Sequence record: NZ_CP072215.1
Direction: 5' to 3' (one strand)
Length of the DNA: 64,000 nt
DNA from: a plasmid
A program made the translations under genes and the position numbers. The notes under the pieces are model-generated. The model did no database searches, had not been told where the DNA came from, and saw only the letters and a list, made by a program, of their open reading frames with translations. This document shows positions 10,776 through 20,245 of the stretch, piece by piece (the first letter of the stretch is position 1; each line of letters starts with the position of its first letter).

Positions 10776-11691
10776 AATGAGTATATTTAGGAGTTAGTTT
10801 TCCTTTTTTATAACCTTCTTTATAAGTTTTTGCAAAAAGTCTAAACAGTCCGGGATTGCGGTAAGTAAAAGCGTATGATGCAACAAGACGCAACAAATAG
10901 ATGTAAGCAGTCGGCCTATGATACCATTTGAGATGACGGCTAATCAATAAAGCCCGGTTATGTACTAATGAAGCAATATAGCGATTGATATCCAGAACCC
11001 TGCAACCGCCTGTATCAGCAGCCAAGTGCCATACATGAGCATCATAATTAAAAAAAACTTTGTATCCAAGTTCCTTTACTCGTAAACATATTTCGGTTTC
11101 TTCATATAGAGCAGCTCCATAATTCAAATATTCATCAACACCACCAACTTCTAAAAATATGTCTTTTTTTATGCTATAATTTCCACCTCCGCCATGATCT
11201 ACATATTCTTTATGATTAATGTGGAATCCCCGTTCTGGAGTTGCCGTATAGAAATGGAACTTGCCTACATTTTTCGATTTGGGATTATTCTTATATTTTT
11301 CTGTAATTCCCCCTGCCACTACTGCGATATCAGGTTGTGACAAGAACTTGTAATGCTCTTTGAGCAGGTTGCAGTCACACTCGATATCATCATCTAGAAA
11401 TAGGATGTAGGCGTATTGTGTGTGTTGCACACCGAAATTACGAGCTTCAGGTAGCCCTCTAAATTCAGTCACATGATAGTACTTAATCAATGTATCACTA
11501 TCTTTTGCACGACTATACATAGTACTGTCAATGGCTGCCGATTGGTCTACAATAATTATTTCATACGGCTCCCCAAAATCTTGCTCTATTAAGCAATCAA
11601 CTGTACTTGCCAGATAATCAGCCCGATTAAGTGTGGGCAAAATAATGCTTATCCCTTTTTGCATAAGGCGTTTATGAATAATATGAATCAA
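10762..11691 (-). CDS. Glycosyltransferase, GT2 family
   Basis: N-terminal ISIILPTLNRADYL...IIIVDQSAA pattern with a DxD-like FLDDD. Confidence 0.7.
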   Translation of the reverse strand: MIHIIHKRLMQKGISIILPTLNRADYLASTVDCLIEQDFGEPYEIIIVDQSAAIDSTMYSRAKDSDTLIKYYHVTEFRGLPEARNFGVQHTQYAYILFLDDDIECDCNLLKEHYKFLSQPDIAVVAGGITEKYKNNPKSKNVGKFHFYTATPERGFHINHKEYVDHGGGGNYSIKKDIFLEVGGVDEYLNYGAALYEETEICLRVKELGYKVFFNYDAHVWHLAADTGGCRVLDINRYIASLVHNRALLISRHLKWYHRPTAYIYLLRLVASYAFTYRNPGLFRLFAKTYKEGYKKGKLTPKYTHYANI

Positions 11692-11898
11692 GAGTTAAGA
11701 AATTAATCACTTCGTTTAGGAATTATACTCTATCAGAAATTTCACTATAATGAAGCATTTCTATATTTTACGTAGTTGTACTGAAATGTTTGACTTTCTT
11801 CAAGATGGCAATACAAAAAAAGCCTTAACTCCCCTTCGTATGAATATGTGATTTTATAAATAAAAAGTCCGTTTAAATTTTCTAATAAAGCAGTTGAG

Positions 11899-13074
11899 TT
11901 AGGATTCTTCTACATGATGTTTGGAGCTATCTCTTATAACTCGATTGTAAAATTCGATGTTTTGTGCCACTATCTCGTTGGTGTTGAATCTAGCAGTTGC
12001 ATTTAGATAAGCCCTGTCGGCTTGTTCACACCTATAAATGGGATTCGAGATTAGCCGTTGCAAAGCCTCTGCAAATTCATCGATACGTTTCACCCTGCAT
12101 TTGCAAACACAGTTACTGTCTCCTATAATCTCTTGAAAACAATCGATATCGGAACAAACAATTGCCTTCCGCAGTAACATTGCCTCCAGTAAGACCAAAC
12201 CGAAAGTTTCTGCATGGCTTGGAAATATGCAAATATCGGCACTGTTAGCGTATGACATAGTCTTGTCATAAGGTAAGCGACCTAAATACGATACACAACC
12301 GATCGATTGCTTTGAAAAGAGAGATTTGCATTTTTCCCATGTCGAAGAACCATTCACTACTGCATCCTGTCCGATGAGAATGAGTTTGACATTGTCGTTT
12401 TGCTCGCATATCCTGTTGAAAATAAGAGGCAAATCAAGTACCCCCTTTTTCTCAACAATTGTCCCCCAATAAAGTATCGTTATTGTATTTTTGTTCATGT
12501 CACTAGATGAAAGAGGGGGCATGTTTATATCCACAGGATTATATATTACACATTTTCTCTTATTCGAAGACAGACTGAATAATTTATCCGTCAGGTCGAG
12601 AGCCTGTCGGCTAACTCCTATATAGGCATCAGAATTACGCAAAGCATTATATTCCATAAGCCGTACGTTCCATGGAGTTTTGTTTCCAGACAAATGATCG
12701 AAATACACATTTGAACCATGTAATCTTGTAACTACTGGTACAGATAAACTACAAAAAGCCAAAGGTCCCTCCCAGTCGATAGATTCAACGAGGTCGATGC
12801 CAATCTTTGCCACTAATAGATTTAACTTTTTATTTAGATACCTTCTATTGATAAAAGAAGAAAATGGAGACTTATGAGGCTGGTTTATAGGTATCACAGA
12901 TATACCATCGTCCCACACAGTTTCTGTAAACTTATTGCCCCAATACACAACTGATACCTTCACACCAGTCTCACTCTTAACGATAAGATGAGACAAATGT
13001 TTGATAAAAATTCCGATTCCGCCACATTTCATACCCAATATCGGATATTCTGTAGTTAAAAACGCTATATGCAT
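11899..13074 (-). CDS. Glycosyltransferase, GT4 family
   Basis: Motif ETFGLVLLEAMLLRKAIVCSD (E-x7-E GT-B signature). Confidence 0.75.
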   Translation of the reverse strand: MHIAFLTTEYPILGMKCGGIGIFIKHLSHLIVKSETGVKVSVVYWGNKFTETVWDDGISVIPINQPHKSPFSSFINRRYLNKKLNLLVAKIGIDLVESIDWEGPLAFCSLSVPVVTRLHGSNVYFDHLSGNKTPWNVRLMEYNALRNSDAYIGVSRQALDLTDKLFSLSSNKRKCVIYNPVDINMPPLSSSDMNKNTITILYWGTIVEKKGVLDLPLIFNRICEQNDNVKLILIGQDAVVNGSSTWEKCKSLFSKQSIGCVSYLGRLPYDKTMSYANSADICIFPSHAETFGLVLLEAMLLRKAIVCSDIDCFQEIIGDSNCVCKCRVKRIDEFAEALQRLISNPIYRCEQADRAYLNATARFNTNEIVAQNIEFYNRVIRDSSKHHVEES

Positions 13075-13076
13075 CT

Positions 13077-14411
13077 CTATTGTATTTTTTGGAAAATATC
13101 AATGAAAGATTTTGTTTGTTGCGATGCCAAGTAACGGCGGCAATATTCTTTGTTTGCCGTCATTGGAAATTTTTCGCTAAATACTTGTTTGATGACAGTA
13201 ACACCTTGCTGAGGAGTATCTATAAAAATACCTATGCCTGCTTTTATCAATTCGGTTCGTGCTTCGCTAGTCATGGGCACCATTGCTAATACAGGCACTT
13301 GTAATGCGATATAATCGACCATTTTTGCGAAATTAGTCCACCATAAAGCCGTGTGTCCGGGAATAAGTACTGCTGCTTTTGCATTAACTATCAATTCATA
13401 CAATTTACGCTGCGGTACATGATTGATATATTCCACGTTGTTACAGATTCCCAAATCATTGACAAATTCTTCCGTTTGTTTTTGATTGATATTCTTATTA
13501 CCCACAATTTTAAGGGTGCAACCCTTGCCTTTTAATTCCTTAGAATTGACAGCTTCGGCAAATATTTTCAAGAAATTATCTTTATATTCATGGAGGTATT
13601 CACCCACGAATATTATATAATTCTCTTTTTCTCTATTTTGAAAAGAAGGCAAATAATCATCATCTACTCCAGTTGGAATAAAATATGATTTATTTGAGTA
13701 TCGTCCCTCATATAAATCATTAAATATATTCAGGTATGCTCCCGACAGACCAGTAATAGCATCAGCGTATTTAAAAGTATCTTGTTCAATTTTCTTTTGC
13801 TTGGCAAAAACAGGAAAATAATCAGAATACATTCGCTTAGCGTATGTGGTAGGATCCCTGAAATCAGCAACCCATTTTACTCCGGTTAGATGTTTAAGTC
13901 GCATACCGATTCTATTTGAGGTAAAAGGCAGGCAAGTGGTATATATGATAGATATATCATGTTCTTTAATTATTTTTCGTCCCATCCTCACGGCACTTCT
14001 TTCCCAGAATCTAAAGCGGTCGGGAACTTGAATCCATCGGTCTAGTATATATTTATAAAACTTACCGAATAAAGATTGCTTGTTAGAGGTGACTGTATCC
14101 GTGCTTTTTGACTGTGCACCAATAGTTTTTGCTTTGGCTGTAATGGCTTTGAGTGAAGTATCTTCTCCTCCAAGCAACATTCTAAGGCCGCGCAATGTCG
14201 GTTCTATATAATTGGCTTGATAAATAGGCACGTCTTGGACTTCGTCCAACAAATCAGGATCTTCTAAATATAGATAATTACGATTAACCGTCAGTACTAT
14301 CGGATTCCAACCTGTACGTTTAAGATATTTTACAAGTTTAAATGCCCTAAATACCGCAGCATGAGTCTGTGGCGGAAAAAAAGGAGTAATTATAAGTATG
14401 TTTTTATTCAT
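13077..14411 (-). CDS. Glycosyltransferase (GT-B fold, GT4-like N-terminal domain)
   Basis: N-terminus MNKNILIITPFFPP is typical of the GT4 N-domain. 444 aa. Confidence 0.55.
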   Translation of the reverse strand: MNKNILIITPFFPPQTHAAVFRAFKLVKYLKRTGWNPIVLTVNRNYLYLEDPDLLDEVQDVPIYQANYIEPTLRGLRMLLGGEDTSLKAITAKAKTIGAQSKSTDTVTSNKQSLFGKFYKYILDRWIQVPDRFRFWERSAVRMGRKIIKEHDISIIYTTCLPFTSNRIGMRLKHLTGVKWVADFRDPTTYAKRMYSDYFPVFAKQKKIEQDTFKYADAITGLSGAYLNIFNDLYEGRYSNKSYFIPTGVDDDYLPSFQNREKENYIIFVGEYLHEYKDNFLKIFAEAVNSKELKGKGCTLKIVGNKNINQKQTEEFVNDLGICNNVEYINHVPQRKLYELIVNAKAAVLIPGHTALWWTNFAKMVDYIALQVPVLAMVPMTSEARTELIKAGIGIFIDTPQQGVTVIKQVFSEKFPMTANKEYCRRYLASQQTKSFIDIFQKIQ

Positions 14412-15940
14412 CGTTTTAATTTGTTTAAAATCAATGCTTTTACTTTTTTCTTATTTTCTTTGTCTAATAGCACATAATAGGACAGAACAACCAATATTAT
14501 TGAAGAACTAAGAGCCACGATAATCACTCTTGTAAAGGACTCAACCAAGATATGTTGTATGAGTAGGATTGCGGTAAAAGAAGGAATACTTATGAAAAGA
14601 TTCACTACCATCGTTGTGAAGAAAAAACGTATCGGTTTGAAATCTTCAACATAATGATGGAGTGTATATGAGCAAACGATATAAATCAATAATGTGCTCA
14701 CTATAGGCAATCCAAAAGCCCAAGTCAAGCCGATACCTTTACTAAACAATAACCAAAGTATCGGAATGACTGATAATGATACTGTCCCCGCCATAAATGA
14801 ATAAAATTTCAAACGTCCGACAGCTTGTATTCCAATATATATAATATTATTATTCAATGATATGAAGCTTGAGACTATCAATAAAATACAGAATTCAATT
14901 GTATATGGAGGAACTTCCACGAGCCATAAATTCATTACATAATGTATTTCAGAGATAAAAGGAATAGCAACCAACAGATATAACACATTTGCCAAACAAG
15001 TAGTTTGCTTTAGTAATTGTATCATGGCATTGAAATCGGTCAATGCGTATTGCTTTATAATTTGCGGCCTCGAAGCCATTACCAAATTGGTTGATACTTG
15101 TTCAATCATCAGTTGCACAGTTGTTGCCAATCCGGCTGCGGCATTAACAGCTGTACTGCCAAATATATTAAGCAACATATTTGTTCCCTGTTGACGAGTA
15201 GTAAAGCAAATATTGGAATAAAGATTCCATCCTGAAAAGCTAAACAGAGAACGGCCGATAACCTTATTCCATTCCCAATTAATCCGGCATTCGTCATAAT
15301 GCCTAATGCAATAAATGCGATATGTCATTGCAATCAAGAATGAAGATAAGAGCATAAGTCCTCCATATAAAATGAGCTTATCACATACTGTAATAAGTAG
15401 AAGTGTAGCGATCAGCAACTTCAACAGTGATCCAACAATTTCCACAATAGCATACACGTCCATTTTTTCGTGCGAAATAAGAGTCGCATTGTATGGAACT
15501 TGAGTGATGCTGACCATTGAGGAAATTATTGAAAATTGATACACCCAAACAGCTGCACTCATTCTCTCATCTGGAATGTTCAATTTTTCGAATAACAGCC
15601 AAAGTCCGACCGTTTCAGCCAAAAACAAGACTATAATTGCAATTCCTATATGTAATATAAAGGCTGTATTGAATGTTTGTTGGAGTTGTCGAGGGTCATT
15701 TTTGGCAAGTTCGACTGTAAGAAAGCGTGAAGTCGCTCCACTCATCGTTACATTCAAAAAGCTAAATAGGACAACAATACCGCCGACAAGTCCATAAATG
15801 CCATAATCATCTACACCAAGTGCATTTAACACGATCCGTGATGTATATAGTGATACAATCATGGACAGCAACATACGTGCATAAAGTGCCACTGTATTCT
15901 TGAATATTTTTTTATTATTTACGGACGATGTCTTATTCAT
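14408..15940 (-). CDS. wzx: Wzx-type oligosaccharide flippase (MOP superfamily)
   Basis: 510-aa polytopic membrane protein with roughly 12-14 TM segments. 4-bp overlap with the downstream gene. Confidence 0.7.
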   Translation of the reverse strand: MNKTSSVNNKKIFKNTVALYARMLLSMIVSLYTSRIVLNALGVDDYGIYGLVGGIVVLFSFLNVTMSGATSRFLTVELAKNDPRQLQQTFNTAFILHIGIAIIVLFLAETVGLWLLFEKLNIPDERMSAAVWVYQFSIISSMVSITQVPYNATLISHEKMDVYAIVEIVGSLLKLLIATLLLITVCDKLILYGGLMLLSSFLIAMTYRIYCIRHYDECRINWEWNKVIGRSLFSFSGWNLYSNICFTTRQQGTNMLLNIFGSTAVNAAAGLATTVQLMIEQVSTNLVMASRPQIIKQYALTDFNAMIQLLKQTTCLANVLYLLVAIPFISEIHYVMNLWLVEVPPYTIEFCILLIVSSFISLNNNIIYIGIQAVGRLKFYSFMAGTVSLSVIPILWLLFSKGIGLTWAFGLPIVSTLLIYIVCSYTLHHYVEDFKPIRFFFTTMVVNLFISIPSFTAILLIQHILVESFTRVIIVALSSSIILVVLSYYVLLDKENKKKVKALILNKLKR

Positions 15941-15947
15941 AGCAAGC

Positions 15948-16948
15948 TTATGATCTTCCTAATACAGACGGAATGTATCTTTTTATTAAGGTTGTCGCAA
16001 AATAGCATATTGCAACAATGAGTGCAAATTCCAATATGGTCCAACTGTAGTTTACAAGATGTAACTTATTGCGCACGATCCAGAATGTATCTACAAATAA
16101 TATATGTAGCCCCAATAATGCCAAACTGTTAATTCCACACCAAATCAATATTTTATCCAATGGAATAAGTTTCAGCTTTCTCGAATTAAAATATGAATTG
16201 ATAAACCAATAAAAATTCATAATAAAAACCATTGAAAGCAACAATAGATGCAATGGAAAATTGTTTGATTTTAAGTCAACGTAAGAGGGAAATAGAACGA
16301 TGAAAACAATGGCGATAATAAGCAAGAATAATGAGTATATCGGTGAAACCTTCATGCCGTACCATTTGTTCCGCATGAAGCAAAAACCAAGATGGTAATA
16401 AATCAAGGTAGACATTGTTGTGTCAATAAAATATGGCAAATCAATGTTATTAGCATTTAACCAATATCCTACTCCATATAATAATATACATAATGCGCTG
16501 ATTGTTAATGCTTTATTGTAGGGGTGATTTTATGTATCAATAAATAAACGAATGAAACCTCGAACAAACAAATTAAAAACCAAATTACATGAAATAAAAT
16601 AAAAGAGTTTTCATCACCGAGAAAACCATCAAACATACTCGTTACAGGGAGCGAGATCGCTTTTGCCCAATTATGAGTTTCGTTAAGTTTCAAAACGAAC
16701 AAATATGCGAACAACAAAAAGGCAAAAAAGGCCCAAGGAATCAGTAATTGTCTGGTCTTTTTTGCAAAAAACTCTCTCAAACTGATTGGACGAAAGAAAC
16801 AGCCTGACACAAAAAAGAAAAGGGGCATGTGAAAACTGTAAATAACGGTTTTCAACATGTAAGGGATTTGTATATGACCAAGGATGACCAATAAAATTCC
16901 TCCCCCTTTCAATATGTCAAAGGAGACAATCCGATTAGAGTCTACCAT
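15948..16948 (-). pseudogene. Acyltransferase-3 family O-acyltransferase, split by a frameshift/stop into a 147-aa N-terminal ORF (16505-16948) and a 163-aa C-terminal ORF (15948-16439)
   Basis: N-terminal ORF reads FDILKGGGILLVILGHI...HMPLFFFVSGCF (acyltransferase_3 signature). The C-terminal ORF is hydrophobic and in another frame. Summed length is about 330 aa, the normal size for the family. Confidence 0.6.
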
Positions 16949-18203
16949 CTACAACGTTTTTTTCAAAGATAGCTTTAACATCGAATATGACGTGTTGAGC
17001 ATTTAGTAACGTTTTTACATCAAAGCCTATAAACTGTTCGTGTGCTACAGCTATAATTGCCGCATCGAATTTCTTATCCAAAGGATGTTGGTTCGTTACC
17101 GAGATTCCATATTCTCGCATAACTATATCAGGATTGGCCCAAGGATCATATACGGTGATATGTACGTTATACTCTCGCAAAGCATTGTAAATATCTATAA
17201 CCTTTGTGTTCCGCACATCAGGACAGTTTTCTTTAAAAGTAAACCCTAATATGAGGATATGAGAGTTGAGCACCTGTATTCCTTTCTTCAGCATCAATTT
17301 CGCAACTTGGTTGGCCACATATTCCCCCATACCGTCGTTCATTCGGCGACCGGCTAAGATTATCTCAGGATTATAACCGTGACGTTGTGCACATTGAGCC
17401 AAATAATACGGATCAACTCCAATGCAATGGCCTCCAACCAGCCCAGGCTTAAATGGCAGGAAATTCCATTTGGTAGAAGCTGCTTCCAGTACATCCTGTG
17501 TATCAATGCCCATTTTAGTAAATATCTTGGATAGCTCATTCACAAATGCGATATTGATATCACGCTGTGAGTTTTCTATTACTTTGGCTGCTTCCGCTAC
17601 TTTCATCGTAGGAGCGAGATGTGTACCGGCGGTAATTACAGAAGCATATACCTCATTTACTTTCTTACCTATTTCAGGCGTAGAACCGGAAGTAACCTTT
17701 TTGATTTTTTCTACTGTATGAAGTTTATCTCCCGGATTTATACGTTCAGGGCTATAGCCAGCAAAGAAATCTTCATTAAATTTCAATCCGGACACTTTTT
17801 CCACAACCGGGATACATTCGTCTTCTGTAACACCTGGATAAACAGTAGATTCATACACCACAATATCCCCTTTGGAGATTACCTTACCAACAGTTGTGCT
17901 GGCACCGTAAAGCGGAGTCAAATCCGGATTGTTGTTTTTGTCTACCGGAGTGGGAACGGCAACTACATAAAAATTGTAATCACGGATTTCCTCTATATTG
18001 GCAGTACACTTAAAACCATTGGCAAGGGCAGATTGGAGTAGTTCATCTGACACTTCGAGTGTCGCATCATGACCTGCCATCAAAGCAGTCACACGAGCTT
18101 GGTTCATGTCAAAACCTATCGTTTTATACTTTGTCGAGAAAAGACGAGCCAAAGGGAGCCCTACGTAACCAAGACCAATTACGCAAATTTTAGTTTCATT
18201 CAT
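16935..18203 (-). CDS. UDP-N-acetyl-D-glucosamine (or mannosamine) 6-dehydrogenase, WbpO/TviB/WecC family
   Basis: N-terminal KICVIGLGYVGLPLA Rossmann motif with the catalytic GGHCIGVDP region. Paired with a WbpP-like epimerase. Confidence 0.85.
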   Translation of the reverse strand: MNETKICVIGLGYVGLPLARLFSTKYKTIGFDMNQARVTALMAGHDATLEVSDELLQSALANGFKCTANIEEIRDYNFYVVAVPTPVDKNNNPDLTPLYGASTTVGKVISKGDIVVYESTVYPGVTEDECIPVVEKVSGLKFNEDFFAGYSPERINPGDKLHTVEKIKKVTSGSTPEIGKKVNEVYASVITAGTHLAPTMKVAEAAKVIENSQRDINIAFVNELSKIFTKMGIDTQDVLEAASTKWNFLPFKPGLVGGHCIGVDPYYLAQCAQRHGYNPEIILAGRRMNDGMGEYVANQVAKLMLKKGIQVLNSHILILGFTFKENCPDVRNTKVIDIYNALREYNVHITVYDPWANPDIVMREYGISVTNQHPLDKKFDAAIIAVAHEQFIGFDVKTLLNAQHVIFDVKAIFEKNVVDGRL

Positions 18204-18225
18204 AATTTCATCTGTTATTATTACT

Positions 18226-19233
18226 TTAAATATTCTTCCAATACCATTTGACAGCCTCTTTCAAACCGTCACGCATACTGTATTGAGGATTGTAACCTAA
18301 AAGGGATTTTGCTTTATCAATACATGCCAAGGAATGGGGAATATCCCCCAAGCGGTTGGGACCATGAATTATTTTCACGTTGGCAATTTCGGGGTCAAAT
18401 TCACTCAAAAATTCTTTCAAGTAACCGACCAACTGGTTTAATGTGGTGCGTTCTCCGAAAGCAGTATTGTATACTTGGTTGGTTGCATTCGGATTTGTCG
18501 TGGTCATAGCCAGCATGTTCATTTGAATCACATTGTCTATATAAGTAAAATCGCGGCTATATTCACCATCTCCGTTAATGACAGGACTCTCATGAGCCAT
18601 GAATTTCTTAACGAACAAAGGAATCACCGCAGCATATGCCCCGAATGGATCTTGACGACGACCGAAAACATTGAAATATCGTAAGCCGATACATTCCATT
18701 CCATAGGTTTTGGCAAACACATCGGCGTAAAGCTCGTTTACATACTTTGTTATGGCATAAGGCGAAAGCGGTTTACCAATCACATCTTCTACTTTGGGAA
18801 GAGACTGACTGTCTCCATATGTAGAAGAACTTGCTGCATATATAAAACGCTTTACATTGGCATCGCGAGCGGCTGTCAGCATATTTAAGAATCCCGATAT
18901 ATTAGTTTCATTTGTAGTTATAGGATCTTTGATAGAACGTGGAACTGAGCCTAATGCTCCTTCATGCATAACGTAATCTACATTTTCTACAGCTTTCTTA
19001 CAATCGTTCAGATTCCGTATATCTCCTACGATAAGTTTAAACTTATTCGGATATCGTTGTAGAAATGGAAAAATGTTTTCAGGTTTACCTGTGGAAAAAT
19101 TATCCAAACAGATTACATCATAGTCGTGAGCCAATAAATACTCACATAAATTGGAGCCGATGAATCCCGCTCCACCAGTAACTAAAACTTTTGTTAATGA
19201 CATATGGATTGTTGTTTTATGTTGAAGTTGCAA
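18226..19233 (-). CDS. UDP-GlcNAc(A) C4-epimerase, WbpP/TviC-like (extended SDR)
   Basis: Strong resemblance to WbpP throughout, including GSVPRSIKDPITTNETNISGFLNML, YAITKYVNELYADVF and RYFNVFGRRQDP. Confidence 0.85.
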   Translation of the reverse strand: MQLQHKTTIHMSLTKVLVTGGAGFIGSNLCEYLLAHDYDVICLDNFSTGKPENIFPFLQRYPNKFKLIVGDIRNLNDCKKAVENVDYVMHEGALGSVPRSIKDPITTNETNISGFLNMLTAARDANVKRFIYAASSSTYGDSQSLPKVEDVIGKPLSPYAITKYVNELYADVFAKTYGMECIGLRYFNVFGRRQDPFGAYAAVIPLFVKKFMAHESPVINGDGEYSRDFTYIDNVIQMNMLAMTTTNPNATNQVYNTAFGERTTLNQLVGYLKEFLSEFDPEIANVKIIHGPNRLGDIPHSLACIDKAKSLLGYNPQYSMRDGLKEAVKWYWKNI

Positions 19234-19441
19234 GCCTATTGCTTGATAGGGGTGTAATGATTTATTTTAAGACTGGTTTGGATAAAAGAGAGATTGTGTG
19301 TATCTGCTCCAAGTCGATTGTTACAATTTCCATTGAATTCCAGCCTGTTGGATTTTTTTGTATGTATTTTATGCAAATCCACCTAGAGAGAAAAAGTTAA
19401 ACAGAATCTACAGGTCTTAATAACCGATAATTATAATCTAT

Positions 19442-20158
19442 TTAAACTATAACAGTCTGACTATCAATTAAACAGTTTTGTATATTTTTTGTAATACTCG
19501 TACAAATGAACTTTTGAAATATATTGTAATTGTGAATGTCCGTTCCTATATGAGTAATAGCCTTTTCTTTTAATAGCAGCATGGCTTTTTTCTTAATCCG
19601 GTTGCCATACATACCCGCTATTGACGGAAGATTGAACTGAAACTTCACTCCCATGTCTTTTAATTGTTGATAATCCGACTCACCCATATAAACATACCGT
19701 TCCGGATGGGCAAGAATGGGATAATAGCCTTTAGCCTTGATGCGGAGCAGAATGTTGTTCAATCCCATCGGAGGGTTAAAGTAGGAGGTTTCCACCAGTA
19801 GATGGTCACCGCTTTCACCCAAGGGCAGCAGATCGTTCTTTTCCAACCGTTCCTCGAAGAGGTTGTCAAGCATGTTCTCTGAGGCCAGATGCAGTTTTAT
19901 CGGACCGCTATAGGTGGCTTGAAGTTCAGCGTAACGCTCCCGGAGGTGCAGTGTGGTGTTGGGCATATCTTCCATGATATGCGGTGTAAGCCATACGGAT
20001 TTTATGCCCAACTCTTCATACAGGCGCAGTATTTCCAATGCTTCTTCCATCGTCTGCACACCGTCGTCCACACCCGGCAGAATGTGCGAGTGACAGTCGG
20101 TAAAATTCTTGAATATACCGCTATCTTTCAGCGATATACGTTTCCTGAATGGCCACAC
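19442..20158 (-). CDS. CpsB/YwqE-type PHP-domain protein-tyrosine phosphatase
   Basis: N-terminal FTDCHSHILPGVDDG PHP metal-binding motif. Partner of the Wzc BY-kinase. Confidence 0.8.
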   Translation of the reverse strand: MWPFRKRISLKDSGIFKNFTDCHSHILPGVDDGVQTMEEALEILRLYEELGIKSVWLTPHIMEDMPNTTLHLRERYAELQATYSGPIKLHLASENMLDNLFEERLEKNDLLPLGESGDHLLVETSYFNPPMGLNNILLRIKAKGYYPILAHPERYVYMGESDYQQLKDMGVKFQFNLPSIAGMYGNRIKKKAMLLLKEKAITHIGTDIHNYNIFQKFICTSITKNIQNCLIDSQTVIV

Positions 20159-20245
20159 AATGATACGAGTATTTTTATATAAAACATTTTATTTTTTTTA
20201 ATTAATAATCATCCATTTATCCCCACCCTGTTTTCCGTCGGAACC

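Noticed and set aside
15948-16439. Reading the 163-aa hydrophobic ORF as an independent small membrane protein, or a second Wzy
   Set aside because: Its size and hydrophobicity, and its position directly after a truncated acyltransferase_3 N-terminal half, are best explained as the C-terminal half of a single disrupted acyltransferase gene.
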